In this document: positions 1-10,550 of the stretch, in pieces
Numbering within the stretch: the first letter of the stretch is position 1
How the letters are laid out: each line of letters begins with the position of its first letter
Assembly: GCA_965206645.1 (NCBI GenBank)
Contig: CBDBKE010000004.1
Span: 512,001-576,000, forward strand
DNA from: Terriglobia bacterium
GTDB lineage: Bacteria; Acidobacteriota; Terriglobia; JAJPHL01; JAPKYU01
DNA length: 64,000 nt
Direction: 5' to 3'
Translations under genes and position numbers: made by a program
Notes under the pieces: model-generated
Seen by the model: the letters and a program-made list of their open reading frames with translations, nothing else
Databases searched by the model: none
What the model was told of the DNA's origin: nothing

Positions 1-1459
1 ACGCGGATCGTATTGGAGCGCCTGAACCAGCAGGAAATTGAGCAAGAAGCTTTTACCCGCGCCGGTCGCGCCGAGAACCAGCGTGTGCCCCACGTCGCCT
101 TGAAACAGATCGTAGTGGTAGGGAGTCCGCCATTGGGTCTCAAGGATCGCCAGCGCCGGCTTCCGCAAGTGGCCGCTCCGGGGTGTCCCCACCGGCGGCC
201 CGAAGATCGGGGCCATCGAAGCGACCGCGCCCGCCGATACAAACACGGATCGGACCTGCCGCCGTCGCGGTTGCGCGGGCATCCGCGAGAACCAGGCCGG
301 AAGCTGCCCGTAACCTTCCCGGATCACCTTGGCGTCGTGGCTGTTAAAGATGCGCCGAATATCTCCGTCCAGGCTTTCGGTCTCCGATAGCGGGCCGTGG
401 ATCGCCACGGTCAGGGCCAGGTCGCCATAGGCGATACCGTCCGTCTCCAACTCGACCAGGGCATCGCCCAGCCGGTCGGATTCCGCCGCCGCTGCCGTGT
501 CCACCATCGCCGACGTCGTTCCTTCGGTTTCCTGAACGTGCGCGGACATCGAGTAGCGCTTCGAGAAGTAATGCCGCTGCGCCCCACGGATTTTGCGCCG
601 GGCGGCATCGAGGCGCTGCGGCCGCCATTCGAGCGTCACCGTCATGGTTGCATCGAGCCGGTAAAGACCCTGCAGAAGATTGGCGCGGGCCGCTCCCGGT
701 GGCGAAAGCAGCGAGTAGAGAATGACGGGTTCCCCGTCCAGGCGCAGATTGCGCCGCTCCGCTTCGAGCTCTGAGATGGCCAGCCGCCAATTCATGCCGC
801 TGCCGGTCGCGCCGTCCCAAAAGGTTCCGGGCCGGTTCGTGAGTTCATTCAAGACGAGAGACGCTTCCCGCGCTTCAAGCATCCGCACCGGCGTAAGGTC
901 ATCCACCAGCGCCCGGCTCGCCTCAACCAGCTGCCGGAAGCTGGCTGCCGCCGATTCGATAGAGGAATGGAGGTAAACGGATTCATGCCGGTTCCGCCTC
1001 CGGGCCATCCAGTTCTTGGCATAGGCCATCCACCACGGCCCGCCCGTCCTCTCGGTGGTGACGGCGGACAGGTGCGGATCGTGAACCCATGCGACGTAGG
1101 CGCTCACGTCCTGCACTCGATCCGCGAGGAACGCCCGGCGCTTGCGCCGTCCGAGCGCGGCCACGCTCGACGCCGCGCCATCGGATCGTCTGCAAAGTGG
1201 ATCGGGCGGCGCAACAGATAGAAGTAAAGCCGCGTCCGGGAATCGAGCCCCGACAACATCCGCTGCCAGCGGTCGATCACCCGATCCAGTTGTTCGGGAG
1301 TCTGGCCGTCCAGGACGCTGGGCGTCACCCGCCCGATGCTCATAAGTTCCCCGCCCGCGTCAGGCACGTTCGCCCATCTTCGAGCCAGCCCCACCAGGGC
1401 AGTTCCTCGGCCAGCGATCCCGCCGCTTCGTAGTCCATGAGTTCGTTGTTTACGTTCAC
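1..1459 (-). pseudogene. virB4: VirB4/TrbE-family conjugative ATPase, N-terminal part, several frameshifts, runs off window start
   Basis: Reading across frames gives MDYEAAGSLAEELPWWGW... through ...YHYDLFQGDVGHTLVLGATGAGKSFLLNFL (Walker A at ~49-75). Lies directly downstream of virB2/virB3. Indels occur at ~1350 (G run) and between ~780 and 1200. Confidence 0.8.
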
Positions 1460-1464
1460 CCGCG

Positions 1465-1761
1465 CTATCTCCGAATCAGGATCGTCCAGGGAGAAGCGGC
1501 CCACTTGCCCGGATCGTAGCGGACGCGAAACTTGGCCGAGGCCCGTAGGATTTCAAGCATGTTGGGGTCTTGTTTCCAGGCCCAAAATCCCACGCCGTAG
1601 AGCACCCCGAAAATGACTCCCCCGGTCACAATGGAGTTGATGGCGTTCCACATGGCAAGGCCCAACGTGGCGCTCAACAGAAACCAGCGCCGTTCCACGC
1701 CCATGATCGTGAGGGGTTTGGAAAGCGCCGGGTATCCGCGCCATGTCTTGCCGCGCTCCAT
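1465..1761 (-). CDS. virB3: VirB3/TrbD-family T4SS protein
   Basis: ALSKPLTIMGVERR motif, two hydrophobic segments, KQDP motif; sits between pilin and VirB4; start overlaps the pilin stop (TGATG). Confidence 0.8.
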   Translation of the reverse strand: MERGKTWRGYPALSKPLTIMGVERRWFLLSATLGLAMWNAINSIVTGGVIFGVLYGVGFWAWKQDPNMLEILRASAKFRVRYDPGKWAASPWTILIRR

Positions 1762-2055
1762 CAGAAGAGCCACGCCAGAAAGTTGGCCGCGCCCATGGCC
1801 ATGCCAAGACCGAAGACGATCCCGGCCAGGGCCTTTTTGCTGCCGCCTTCACCAAAGGCGAACATGAGCCCGCCCACCACGATGGCAATCAAGCTCAGTC
1901 CTCGCGCAATGGGTCCGGTGAAGGCTTGCCTGCAGCACGTCTATGGCTTGCAGCCAGGGGCTCGTTCCCTGCGCCATGAGTTCTCCCGCCGATAGTGCAA
2001 GGACGCTCGCCAGGAGAGCGCCCCGCTTCCAGATGATTAAGTTGTTGGTGTTCAT
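1761..2055 (-). CDS. virB2: TrbC/VirB2 pilin (apparent +1 frameshift near 1930)
   Basis: Signal peptide, then SPWLQAIDVLQ/QAFTGPIARGLSLIAIVVGGLMFAFGEGG...IVFGLGMAMGAANF, a typical TrbC pattern. One extra base breaks the frame. Confidence 0.8.
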
Positions 2056-2087
2056 GCTTCCCTCCGTGTCTGTTGGGTTGTTGTGCG

Positions 2088-2412
2088 TCAGGCTCCGGGA
2101 AACTGCCCCCGGTCCTCTTGTTCCAGTTTCTCGGCAAGCTCGGTTTGCCCGCCCTCGCCGCGCCGAATGGACCGCTCCATCAGATCGACCTTGCGGCCCA
2201 TGTCGGCCAGCCCCAAGGCACGAGCGGCGGAGTAGAGCGTGACCAGAAGCGTCACCACGGCCAGACCGCCATACCACGCGACGGGCATCCAGTAGTCGGT
2301 TGCGATGATTCCAAAAGTACGGCTTGAGATAAGCGAAGCTCTCGCCGGCGAGCATCAAGGCCACGGCCAGGATGATGGCCGTCAGTCCAATGCTGATCTT
2401 CCACGGTTGCAT
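2088..2412 (-). CDS. small membrane protein of the tra cluster (frameshift near 2305)
   Basis: ORFs 1849..2412 (N-terminus) and 2088..2288 join into a two-TM protein; co-oriented within the operon. Confidence 0.45.
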
Positions 2413-2422
2413 CGCTTCTCCC

Positions 2423-3325
2423 TCAGAGTTCGATGGAGCCCTTGTCTCGTCTGCCGCCGCTTCCCCCTCCGCCTCCGGTGCTGTGGTCCTGGCCGAGCGA
2501 CCGCGCTACTCGCGCCGCCGCCCGCCCATTGCTTCCGTGCACGGCGAATCCAGCGGCGGCTTTCGCGCCGATACTCTTGGCGCTGTAGTGCTCGGTCGCA
2601 ATCTCGACGTTCACGCGCCCGCTGCGGCCCTCGATGTCGCTGTACTCCAGCTGCGCGTCCGGGTACTCCACCCGTCCATCCTTGACGGGGAGCCCCAACT
2701 CTTCCGCCGCCTCAAACCGTGCGGCGTCCGCCGCCTCCTTTCCGCCTCGCGCTCTCGCGCTTTCCGTGGCGCGGGCGACCTCGCGCTTGAGTTCGGCGTC
2801 AATACGGACCCGCTTGAGGACGGCTCCTTGTTCGAGCAACCGCACTTGCTCAATCCTTGCGGCTCGAAACACGGCCACGTCATGTTGAAGCTCTCCGGGC
2901 TTCACGAGGCCGCTCCATGCTTTCTGCTCTTTGTCGAGTCCTTGTTCGCGGGCTACCCGCTCGGCCCGCTCTACTCCGCGCTCGGTGAGCGTGAGCACCT
3001 TGTAGGTGCCGCCTTGCGGCCCCTCGGCGGTGTGCTCCCGGACGTGGCCGGCGCGAATCATGCGATCCACGGCCCGCCGCGCCGCGTAAGGGTGTCCATC
3101 GAAGTGAGCTTCGGCCAGATCACGGTAGGCGATGCTGCGATACATCCCCAGGTCGGCCACCGCCCGATCCGCCCGCTCCTGGAAGTTCTGGCGTTCCGTG
3201 CGGGGATCGTATTCGCGCCGGTGGCCGTCGCGCTCCCGCTGTTCCCGTTCTTTGGTGTGGTCGCGCCTGGGGCGCGTTGTGGGACGGGTCCGGGGATCGC
3301 TGGCTAGGTCTCGCGGATCGAACAC
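2423..3325 (-). CDS. replication-relaxation-family-like protein (wHTH + PD-(D/E)XK-like), candidate relaxase
   Basis: wHTH-like ...VLTLTERG..., LQHD, YPDAQLEY...VNVEIATEHY motifs; position between ardC and the virB genes. Confidence 0.55.
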   Translation of the reverse strand: MFDPRDLASDPRTRPTTRPRRDHTKEREQRERDGHRREYDPRTERQNFQERADRAVADLGMYRSIAYRDLAEAHFDGHPYAARRAVDRMIRAGHVREHTAEGPQGGTYKVLTLTERGVERAERVAREQGLDKEQKAWSGLVKPGELQHDVAVFRAARIEQVRLLEQGAVLKRVRIDAELKREVARATESARARGGKEAADAARFEAAEELGLPVKDGRVEYPDAQLEYSDIEGRSGRVNVEIATEHYSAKSIGAKAAAGFAVHGSNGRAAARVARSLGQDHSTGGGGGSGGRRDKGSIEL

Positions 3326-3334
3326 GACGGCTCC

Positions 3335-4420
3335 TTACCGGCTCAACCCAGCCTCGCGTTGGAGCTTCTGCGCGTGTTGTTCCGTGGATTGCTTCGGCGT
3401 CTGGCTGATCTGAGGCCCGCGAGCATGAGAATATTGGTGGCTCAACTCCGCCGCCGTCTTCTCCTTGACCGGCGCTTCGCGCTCGTGCTCGACCGCACGA
3501 TCCATGAGGTAATCGGTCATCTTCTGCGCGTCCCGCGCCGCTCTATGAATCTCGTGCGGGTCTTTTTCGAGCACCGCAACCCAATTCTCGACATAGGCCG
3601 CGCCGCGCTGCGGGTCATGCCCCACGCCCACGCGCTCCCCCGTCATCATGGCGCTGATCTCGGCCCTCAATTCCTCGCGGGCGTACTCCGGCGATCCAAA
3701 GCCCTTGTCCAGTCCTTCTTTGAGCGTGTCGCGGTTCATGCGGTCCGGGTGGCCGGTCGAGTGACCGCATTCGTGAAGCGCCGTTTGGTAGTAGCCGTTG
3801 CGCGTGGGGAATTGGGACGGCTCCGGGAGCACCACCTTGTCCTCGGCGATCCGGTAATAGGCCCGATCTCCGGCGACGTGCTGCACTCTCGGCCCGCTGG
3901 CCTCGATCACCTTCTCGGCATCGCGGTGGGCGTCCCATTCAGGCCGCGCTTGCGCCGGTCGCGGTTTCAACTCCAATCCGTCGACTTGCTCGACGTTGAA
4001 CACCGTGTACTGTTTACAGATGGGATGGGAACGCTGCTCTTCTTCGTAGATCGTCTTGCCGTCCTTGTCTTTCAGAGTCTTGCCCTGCTCGTCCTTTGCG
4101 GTTCGTGCCGTCCGATCCGTGAAAAACAAGACCTGCGTCCCTTTCTCGCCTTTGCGGACATGGCCTCCCTGGGCCTCGATCTGTTTGTAGGTTCCCCAGC
4201 GGTTATCGCCGTGGCCCTGGCGGATACCCCTGCTCATCAGGTAGAGACTGTTGCCGCCGCTGTAGGATTTGCCGGTCGAGAGGTTTTCCGGGCTGATCTG
4301 CTCCCCCGGCTTCCACGGCTTCTGCCATGGCGCCACGCCCGCCTTGATTTGTTCGACGAGTTCGCTAGAGACTTTCTCGGCGTAGTCTTCCCCGCGCTGC
4401 CAAAAGGATTTCTTAGCCAT
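3335..4420 (-). CDS. ardC: ArdC antirestriction protein (ssDNA-binding + zincin-like domain)
   Basis: APWQKPW, YSGGN, WGTYKQ, VRKGEKG, VFNVEQ, LHECGH (HExxH), YAREELRAE motifs. Confidence 0.9.
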   Translation of the reverse strand: MAKKSFWQRGEDYAEKVSSELVEQIKAGVAPWQKPWKPGEQISPENLSTGKSYSGGNSLYLMSRGIRQGHGDNRWGTYKQIEAQGGHVRKGEKGTQVLFFTDRTARTAKDEQGKTLKDKDGKTIYEEEQRSHPICKQYTVFNVEQVDGLELKPRPAQARPEWDAHRDAEKVIEASGPRVQHVAGDRAYYRIAEDKVVLPEPSQFPTRNGYYQTALHECGHSTGHPDRMNRDTLKEGLDKGFGSPEYAREELRAEISAMMTGERVGVGHDPQRGAAYVENWVAVLEKDPHEIHRAARDAQKMTDYLMDRAVEHEREAPVKEKTAAELSHQYSHARGPQISQTPKQSTEQHAQKLQREAGLSR

Positions 4421-4489
4421 CGGGTGCCCCCGTTTCAATTCGCTCTTCAAACTCCGCCCGATGCTCGATCATCCGCCCAAAACCTCCGT

Positions 4490-4570
4490 CCCTCGGTTTC
4501 CACGGCTTCTGCCAGGGCGCATCGCCACGCTTGATCTGCTCCATGGCTTCCGCCGCAACTTTCTTCGCAG
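4490..4570 (-). pseudogene. short duplicated ArdC N-terminal fragment
   Basis: KVAAEAMEQIKRGDAPWQKPWKP mirrors ArdC KVSSELVEQIKAGVAPWQKPWKP. Confidence 0.55.
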
Positions 4571-4593
4571 GGCCTCTCCCAGGCTGACCGGCG

Positions 4594-4785
4594 CTAGTCA
4601 TGGGGATCACTCCGCGCCGCGTTGATCTCTTCCACGGTGCCCACGTCCTCAACCATCAAACCGATCCGCTCCGCCAGTTCCCACGTCAGTTCAACCGCGA
4701 GCCCTCGGTTCAGCGCCTCGTGAAATTCAGCCTCCGTCGTGGCCGTGGCGTACTGCTCGCCGTTCTCGTCTTTTTTTGGAATCAT
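4594..4785 (-). CDS. small hypothetical protein
   Basis: 63 aa ORF with a purine-rich RBS (GAGAGGGAG) upstream; co-oriented with the tra genes. Confidence 0.45.
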   Translation of the reverse strand: MIPKKDENGEQYATATTEAEFHEALNRGLAVELTWELAERIGLMVEDVGTVEEINAARSDPHD

Positions 4786-4806
4786 GGTTTCTCCCTCTCT
4801 TGGTTG

Positions 4807-5247
4807 CTAGCGCCCATCAAGAAGTGAAGGCCGCTTGAGGGGCGCAGACCCCCAGGTGCGGCCGCAGATGATGCAGGCGGGTTCAAATTCGGCGCTCTCG
4901 GCATATCGAGCCTCCCCGGAGACGCTTCCCGATCCGTTTTCGGACCGGGAAGGCTCCGCTGCCACGATACTGTCCGAATCGAAGTTGGCGGGGGAAGTAT
5001 GATCCGTCACGCGGCGGCGCCAGCGTTCCCGGTAGGCCCGTTGCCGGTCGCGGTGATCGAGCCGTCCCTCCCGGCTTTGCTGGTGCCGCCGCTTGGCGGC
5101 TCTCAGTTGTTGCCGCCGTGCTTTCCGCCGGCACCGGTCGCTGCAGTATCGGTGGCCCCGGTCACAATGACGGCAGATCCAGAACACCGCGCCACAGCCG
5201 ACACCCCGGCAAAACCGTTGGCGCAGGGGCTCTTCGCGGGTCCCCAT
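4807..5247 (-). CDS. Cys-rich basic hypothetical protein (putative Zn finger; type often seen near IS21 elements)
   Basis: CRGVGC...ICRHCDRGHRYCSDRC followed by an Arg-rich helix and a C-terminal CIIC. Confidence 0.55.
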   Translation of the reverse strand: MGTREEPLRQRFCRGVGCGAVFWICRHCDRGHRYCSDRCRRKARRQQLRAAKRRHQQSREGRLDHRDRQRAYRERWRRRVTDHTSPANFDSDSIVAAEPSRSENGSGSVSGEARYAESAEFEPACIICGRTWGSAPLKRPSLLDGR

Positions 5248-5469
5248 CGCCGCCCTTCCGGCGGGACTGGCCAACCGCGACTCGGCTTGGCAGGCGTGAT
5301 CTTATCTACGGAGGATGTTCGGTCGTTTTTCTGGTCGGCACAAAAACCCCGATCGCTGCTAAGGGTCGAGGTTTTCCCTTTCCGCCTTCGGCCAAATCAC
5401 GCGCCAGACCGCGTATCCCTCGCCTGGCAGCGGCTGTCACTCGCTTTGCCTTAGCTGGTCCTTGCCAGG

Positions 5470-5777
5470 CATCGTTTCGCGGAACCATCCGCGGAACGAC
5501 GATCGCGAACGGGACGCACGACGCGATCTTAGGCGTGGCTATCTCAGCGACCCCGATCCTCCTGGTGCTCTGGATCATCAATCGGATGCGTCACCGGGAG
5601 CGGAGCTTCCAGAGCGCGGTCGGGGTCTCCCTGTTGGGATTCGTCCTTGTGCCTTCCGTATCGGCGGGCGCTGCTTTTCTTGGGGTTCGCTCCGGCGGGG
5701 AATTCAATCAGGCGCTCGGTGTGGGTGTCGTTCTCTACATCCTCGGTTCTTGGATGTTTCGCCGGTGGATCATGTAG
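5470..5777 (+). pseudogene. C-terminal remnant of a membrane protein
   Basis: Three hydrophobic segments at the end of ORF 5118..5777; no clear start. Confidence 0.3.
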
Positions 5778-6034
5778 AGCGTATAGGGGCCGTTGACGCG
5801 CTTGTACTCTTTCCGGTGGCCGGGGTTGGTGCGGGGCAGGCTGCACAGCACCATCAGCCGCGCCATGAAGCCTGGATCGGGGTCCGCTTCGCCGGCGCTG
5901 ACAAGCTGGTTTACTTGATCGGCCACGGTGAAAGAGTGCCGCTCCTTGGGCGTGGCTTCGCGGATCGCCTTCACCGGCCCGTCCAGGCCGGAGAGAACTT
6001 CGGCGGCGAGGAGCAATCCTTGTTTGCTCTGCAT
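5770..6034 (-). pseudogene. repA: plasmid replication protein RepA (RepA_C type), N-terminal fragment
   Basis: FTVADQVNQLV...GFMARLMVLCSLPRTNPG..YKRVNGPYTL, then loses homology. Confidence 0.6.
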
Positions 6035-6083
6035 GGCTTTATTCTCCCATGCCCCTCAGACAAGACAGGGACACTACCGGCGT

Positions 6084-8900
6084 CTATTCCCGATCCGTCC
6101 TCTCTGGAACCGGCACCACCGGAAGCGTCGTGAAGATGCGCGTGCCGGGGTCCATTTCCAGGGCCACGGCGGTAAACAGATCCCCCCCTGGCGCACTGCA
6201 GCGCACCGACCCTGCGAAGTCGGACGTATCGGTGCCGGGGAACGCCTGGTCGATGAGCCAGGCCGTCTGCCCGTTGGCCTCCAGAGGGATGCTCGCGCCG
6301 TCGAGCAGCACACCCTCTCGCATCAAGTCGCAGTGCACCAACCCCGCACTCGATTCCAGGTTGTGGAGCGCGACCCCCGTCGTGATTCCTCCCTCCTGGC
6401 GGCGCACCGGGAAGAGGGCGTCGCTGACGGGCGGGCTGGCTCCCACCCCGGCCACTCCGAGGTCGGGGTGCTCAAACCGGAGCATCCCGCCGATGGGACC
6501 CTCCGAGACCACCCGCACCGATCCCGACACCAGCGCCCCTCGCCCGTGGGTCGAGATCGTGAGTACTCCCAGCGGCTCCATCTCGGTGCGGACCGTCAGA
6601 GCGCCGTCCTCGGTGATCTCCAGATCGCCCGTGATGTCCACCACCGATGCGGCGGCAATCGGGTTGCCCTCGGTGTCGTAGAAATAAATCTCGGGACGGC
6701 TCGGAAGGATGTCCGTATGAAAGGGGGTGGGGGCGGGACGGCTCGGCTGGATGGACAGATTCAAGAACACCAGATCGGTGATCCAAGTCCCGTTGGCGAA
6801 ATGCGCAAAATCCAGGACCGTCTCCCCGGCCCCGCCTCCCGTTCGGTCCACCGGCACCACCGAAAGCGTGCTGAAGATGCGCTGGGCGGCATCCATTTCC
6901 ACGGCGATGGCGGTGAACCGTCTGCTACCGAGCACGGTGCAGCGCACCGACCCCAGGAAATCGGACGTATCGGTCGTGGAGAACGCCTCTTCGATGAACC
7001 AGGAAGCCTGCCCGTTGGCCTCCAGAGGAATCTCCACCTCTTCGAGCGAGACGCCCTCGCTCATCAATCGGCAGCGCACCCCCATCGCTTCCTCTCCCAG
7101 GTTGTGCAGCGCCGTCGCCGTGCGGATTCCCCCCGCCTGGCGGCGGGCCGGGAACAGGGCATCCCGGACGGGCGGGCTGGCTCCCACCCCGGCCACCCCG
7201 ATCTCTGGGACGCCATAGCGCACCAACCCGCCGAGGGGACCGTCCGAGAGGACCTTCACCGATCCCGACACCAGCTCGCCTTGCCCGTGGGTTGAAATCG
7301 TGAGTTCCCCCAGCGGCTCCATCTCCGTCCGGACGGTCAGGCCTCCGTCCTCGGTGACCTCCAGATCGACCGTCACGTCCACCACCGATTCGGGGTCAAT
7401 GAGACGGCCCCCTCGATCGTAAAAGTAGATTGCGGGCCGGATCGGATGGGAGGACACATTCACGAGCACCATCTCGGAGGTGATGCCGGTCCCATTGGCG
7501 AAATGCGCGAAGTCCAGAACCACCGGCAGCGTGGCCTCGGCACGGTTGGAAGCCCGGCCCCTGCCGATCCGGTTCACCGCCCGCACCTCGAAGACGTAGG
7601 CCGTGCCGTTGACGAGACCGGTGACCGTATGGGTGGTGTCGGTGGAGCCGATGGATATCCAGCGTCCCTTCCCGTCGATGCGGTACTCGTAATCCCTGAT
7701 CTCAGAGCCGCCGTCGTCCCTCGGCGCCTCCCACGTCAGCTTCACCTGCCCGTCTCCACCCTTCGCCAGCAGATTCCTGGGCGCGGACGGCGCGGACGTT
7801 CTCGGTCCGCCCCCGCCTGGAGGCCCACCGCCGCCTGGTGGTCTGGGCGGGGTCCTGTCATTGTCCCGAACGGTCATCGAGGCGGACGCGTTTGCCGACA
7901 CTGGCTCATAGCCCGTGCCCTGCCCCACCGTCACGGTCACCACGCTGTCCCTCTCGTCCCCGCTGTCGTTGACGGTCTGGACCGTCAGCGTCACCCGCGC
8001 CGCGCCCGCCGGGAAGGTGACCCGCTTCGGCACGGGGCGGCGCAGCATGTCGCCGCTCTCGCTCACGATTAGCTCAACCTGAAGCGCCCCCGCCGCACTA
8101 CCGCTCCGCAACAGCGTGAACTCGGCGTTCCGGCCTTCGTCCACCATAATCTCCGCCGCCGTGATCGTCACCGAAACCGTCGGGGGGACGACCGCCGTCG
8201 GCATGGCGGTCGCCTCGACGGAGGCGTCGCTCTCGCCCTCATCGTTCACCGCCCGCACCTGGAACGCATAGTCCGTACCGTTGGTCAAGCCGGTGACGGT
8301 GTGGCTCGCCTGGTTCTCCTGCCCGGCGGCGCTGTCGGGGATGTCCATCCAAGCGCCGTACTCCGCGTTCCCCTCCTTCTGCTGGAGCTGGTGCTTGGTG
8401 ATGGTGCTCCCGCCGTCGTCTCCCTTCGTCCACGCTAGCGTCACCCGGGCGTTCCCAGCCATCGTCGTCAGGTTCCTCGGCGCGGCGGGCGGATCGCATA
8501 CGGTTCCCCCCTGGAAAGTGATCGTCGCCAACCAAGCCTGAAAGGCGGCATCCGTTGGCGCACACACATTGGTGCCCGATACGTTTAAAATTCCTAGATT
8601 TGACAGATGCCTCAGTTCCTCCGGGAGCTGCCCGGTCAACTCGTCGTTTCCAGAGAGAATCAACTGCTCAAGGTTCTCCAACTGCTCCAACGCCACTGTG
8701 ATCGTCCCCGTCAACTGATTGTTGGTGAGAACCACGCGCGTGACGCGACCGTTACTGTCGGTAGTAACCCTGTGCCACGCCGAGAGCGGCTCCTCGGTCG
8801 TAAGCCAGTTCGTGCCGACCGTCCAGTTTGGACCGTCGGTCGCGTTGTAGAACCCCTCCAGTGCCCCCCGATCCGCCGCCACGCCCACTGCCGCCGGGAT
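6084..8900 (-). pseudogene. surface protein: LRR + FN3 + Calx-beta + FN3 + two ~230-aa repeats; N-terminus removed by IS3
   Basis: DRGALEGFYNATDGPNW LRR cap, LxxLxLSGN repeats, two FN3 (P.APRNL...W...Y.F.VRAVN), EG...FTLLRSG...DND Calx-beta, Pro/Gly linker, duplicated LDFAHFANG domains. The first ~23 codons of the ORF are IS sequence. Confidence 0.8.
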
Positions 8901-8967
8901 TGACCTGACCGGCACTTTTTGTACCAAGTGGAAAGAGAGAGAATCCACTTGAGGAGGAAGTGAGGTC

Positions 8968-9246
8968 ATGCCGACAAGGAGTTACAAGCCGGAGCAGATT
9001 GTAGCGGTGCTACGGCAGATAGAAGTGCAGATGGGGAACGGGAAGACTGCGCCCCAAGCCTGCAAAGAAGCTGGAATCCACACCCAAACCTACTACCGGT
9101 GGCGGAAGGAATACGGCGGGCTGAAGGTGGTGCAGGCAAAACGGCTGAAGGAGTTGGAGAAGGAAAACACGCGGCTGAAGCGGTTGGTAGCGGAGCTTTC
9201 TCTGGAGAAGCAGGTACTGCGGGATGTGGCACAGGGAAACTTCTGA
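8968..9246 (+). CDS. IS3 transposase OrfA (HTH)
   Basis: YKPEQIV...GIHTQTYYRWRKEYGG...LKELEKENTRLK; slippery GGGAAAC at 9234-9240. Confidence 0.92.
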   Translation: MPTRSYKPEQIVAVLRQIEVQMGNGKTAPQACKEAGIHTQTYYRWRKEYGGLKVVQAKRLKELEKENTRLKRLVAELSLEKQVLRDVAQGNF

Positions 9247-10112
9247 GCCCTGAGCGGCGGCGTTGTGCGGTGGAGCGTGCGTGGGAGCAACACGGGTTGT
9301 CGGAACGGCATGCCTGCCGGCTGCTGGGGCAATGGCGAGGGACACAACGATACGAGCCGATTCATCGGGTGGACGAGGATGCTCTGACCCGAGCGATCAT
9401 TGCCCTGGGAGCGAAGTACGGGCGATATGGCTACCGGAGGATCACAGCGTTGCTGCGGAGTGCGGGCTGGGAAGTGGGCAAGGACCGGGTGCAGCGGATT
9501 TGGCGGCGGGAAGGGCTGAAAGTGCCGCAAAAACAAAGGCCGCGAGGACGGCTGTGGCTGAACGACGGTTCCTGTGTACGACTGAGGCCGGAGCGACCGA
9601 ACCACGTGTGGAGCTACGACTTCATGAGTGCCAGAACGCACGAGGGGAAAACGCTGCGGCTGCTGACCTTGCTGGATGAGTACACGCGGGAATGCCTGGC
9701 GATCCGGGTGGAGCGGAGGATGGGCAGCCAACAAATCATTGAGGCGTTGTCGGACGTGATGTTGTGGCGAGGGATACCGGAACAGATTCGATCCGACAAT
9801 GGTCCCGAGTTCATCGCCAAACAACTGCGCCAGTGGTTGGCAAATCTAGGGACCGGGACACTGTACATCGAACCGGGCAGTCCCTGGGAGAACGGGTACT
9901 GCGAGAGTTTCAATGGGAAGCTGCGGGACGAATGCCTGAATGGAGAGATCTTCTACTCGTTGAAGGAGGCACAGGTGGTGATTGAACAGTGGAGGGTGCA
10001 ATACAACACGGTGCGGCCGCACTCGGCGCTCGGCTATAGGCCCCCGGCGCCGGGGGCCTATAGCCCTCCCCTGCCACTGAAACCAGTTTCACAGCCCCAG
10101 GCTGCGATGTAA
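9243..10112 (+). CDS. IS3 transposase OrfB (DDE core; fused by programmed -1 frameshift)
   Basis: YGYRRI, WSYDF, SDNGPEF, PGSPWENGYCESFNGKLRDE, YNTVRPHSALGY. Confidence 0.92.
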   Translation: MSPERRRCAVERAWEQHGLSERHACRLLGQWRGTQRYEPIHRVDEDALTRAIIALGAKYGRYGYRRITALLRSAGWEVGKDRVQRIWRREGLKVPQKQRPRGRLWLNDGSCVRLRPERPNHVWSYDFMSARTHEGKTLRLLTLLDEYTRECLAIRVERRMGSQQIIEALSDVMLWRGIPEQIRSDNGPEFIAKQLRQWLANLGTGTLYIEPGSPWENGYCESFNGKLRDECLNGEIFYSLKEAQVVIEQWRVQYNTVRPHSALGYRPPAPGAYSPPLPLKPVSQPQAAM

Positions 10113-10150
10113 ACTCTCACTACGGTTGGTACAAAAAATCGGTCTGGTCA

Positions 10151-10550
10151 GGCCCTACACTTCGGACGTCGACGGCGCTTTGCCTTCGGCTCACCGTGCT
10201 GTAGTTGGGCACTGGGAGGTCGAGCGCCATGAGCGCCACGATGGATTGAAGGAACCCTTGAGTGGTCCGTAGGTTGAGGTGAAACACCGAATTCAGGACC
10301 AGCGCACATTGGATCGCCGCATCTGCGTAGACCTTGGGCCGGCCTCGCCCTTCGAAGGGTCCTGGATGACGCCAGGCAGCGACTGCCTCCGTGTCGAACC
10401 ACAGTGTCAGCTGCCCACGTTTCACCAGAGCCCGGTTGTACTCCGGCCAGTTGCGAACCTTATATCGGAAGGTGTAGTCGCTTTTGCCCATCCCCTAGCC
10501 TATCAGGGGGGAGAGCGTTGGGGATGGAGTCAGATTTCTGCAACAACGCC
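10151..10550 (-). mobile_element. IS5-family (IS903 group) left-end remnant, transposase truncated by IS3
   Basis: YKVRNWPEYNRALVKRGQLTLWF...LNLRTTQGF...VPNYSTVSRR; terminal GGCGTTGTTGCAGAAATC at ~10533-10550. Confidence 0.85.

Larger units (their letters stand above)
8901..10150 (+). mobile_element. IS3-family insertion sequence, copy 1 (1250 bp)
   Basis: TG...CA ends with imperfect IRs (TGACCTGACCGGCACTTTTTGTACCA / TGACCAGACCGATTTTTTGTACCA); orfA/orfB; near-identical to 20397..21646. Confidence 0.95.

Noticed and set aside
2372-4534. Long plus-strand ORFs (311 and 391 aa), and similar antisense ORFs at 34242, 41130, 43503 and 56903
   Set aside because: Shadow or alternative frames of recognisable genes in GC-rich DNA, with no motifs of their own.
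6100-7520. Duplicated domain as a DGR template/variable repeat pair
   Set aside because: No reverse transcriptase in the window, both copies are in frame in one gene, and the differences do not appear adenine-specific.
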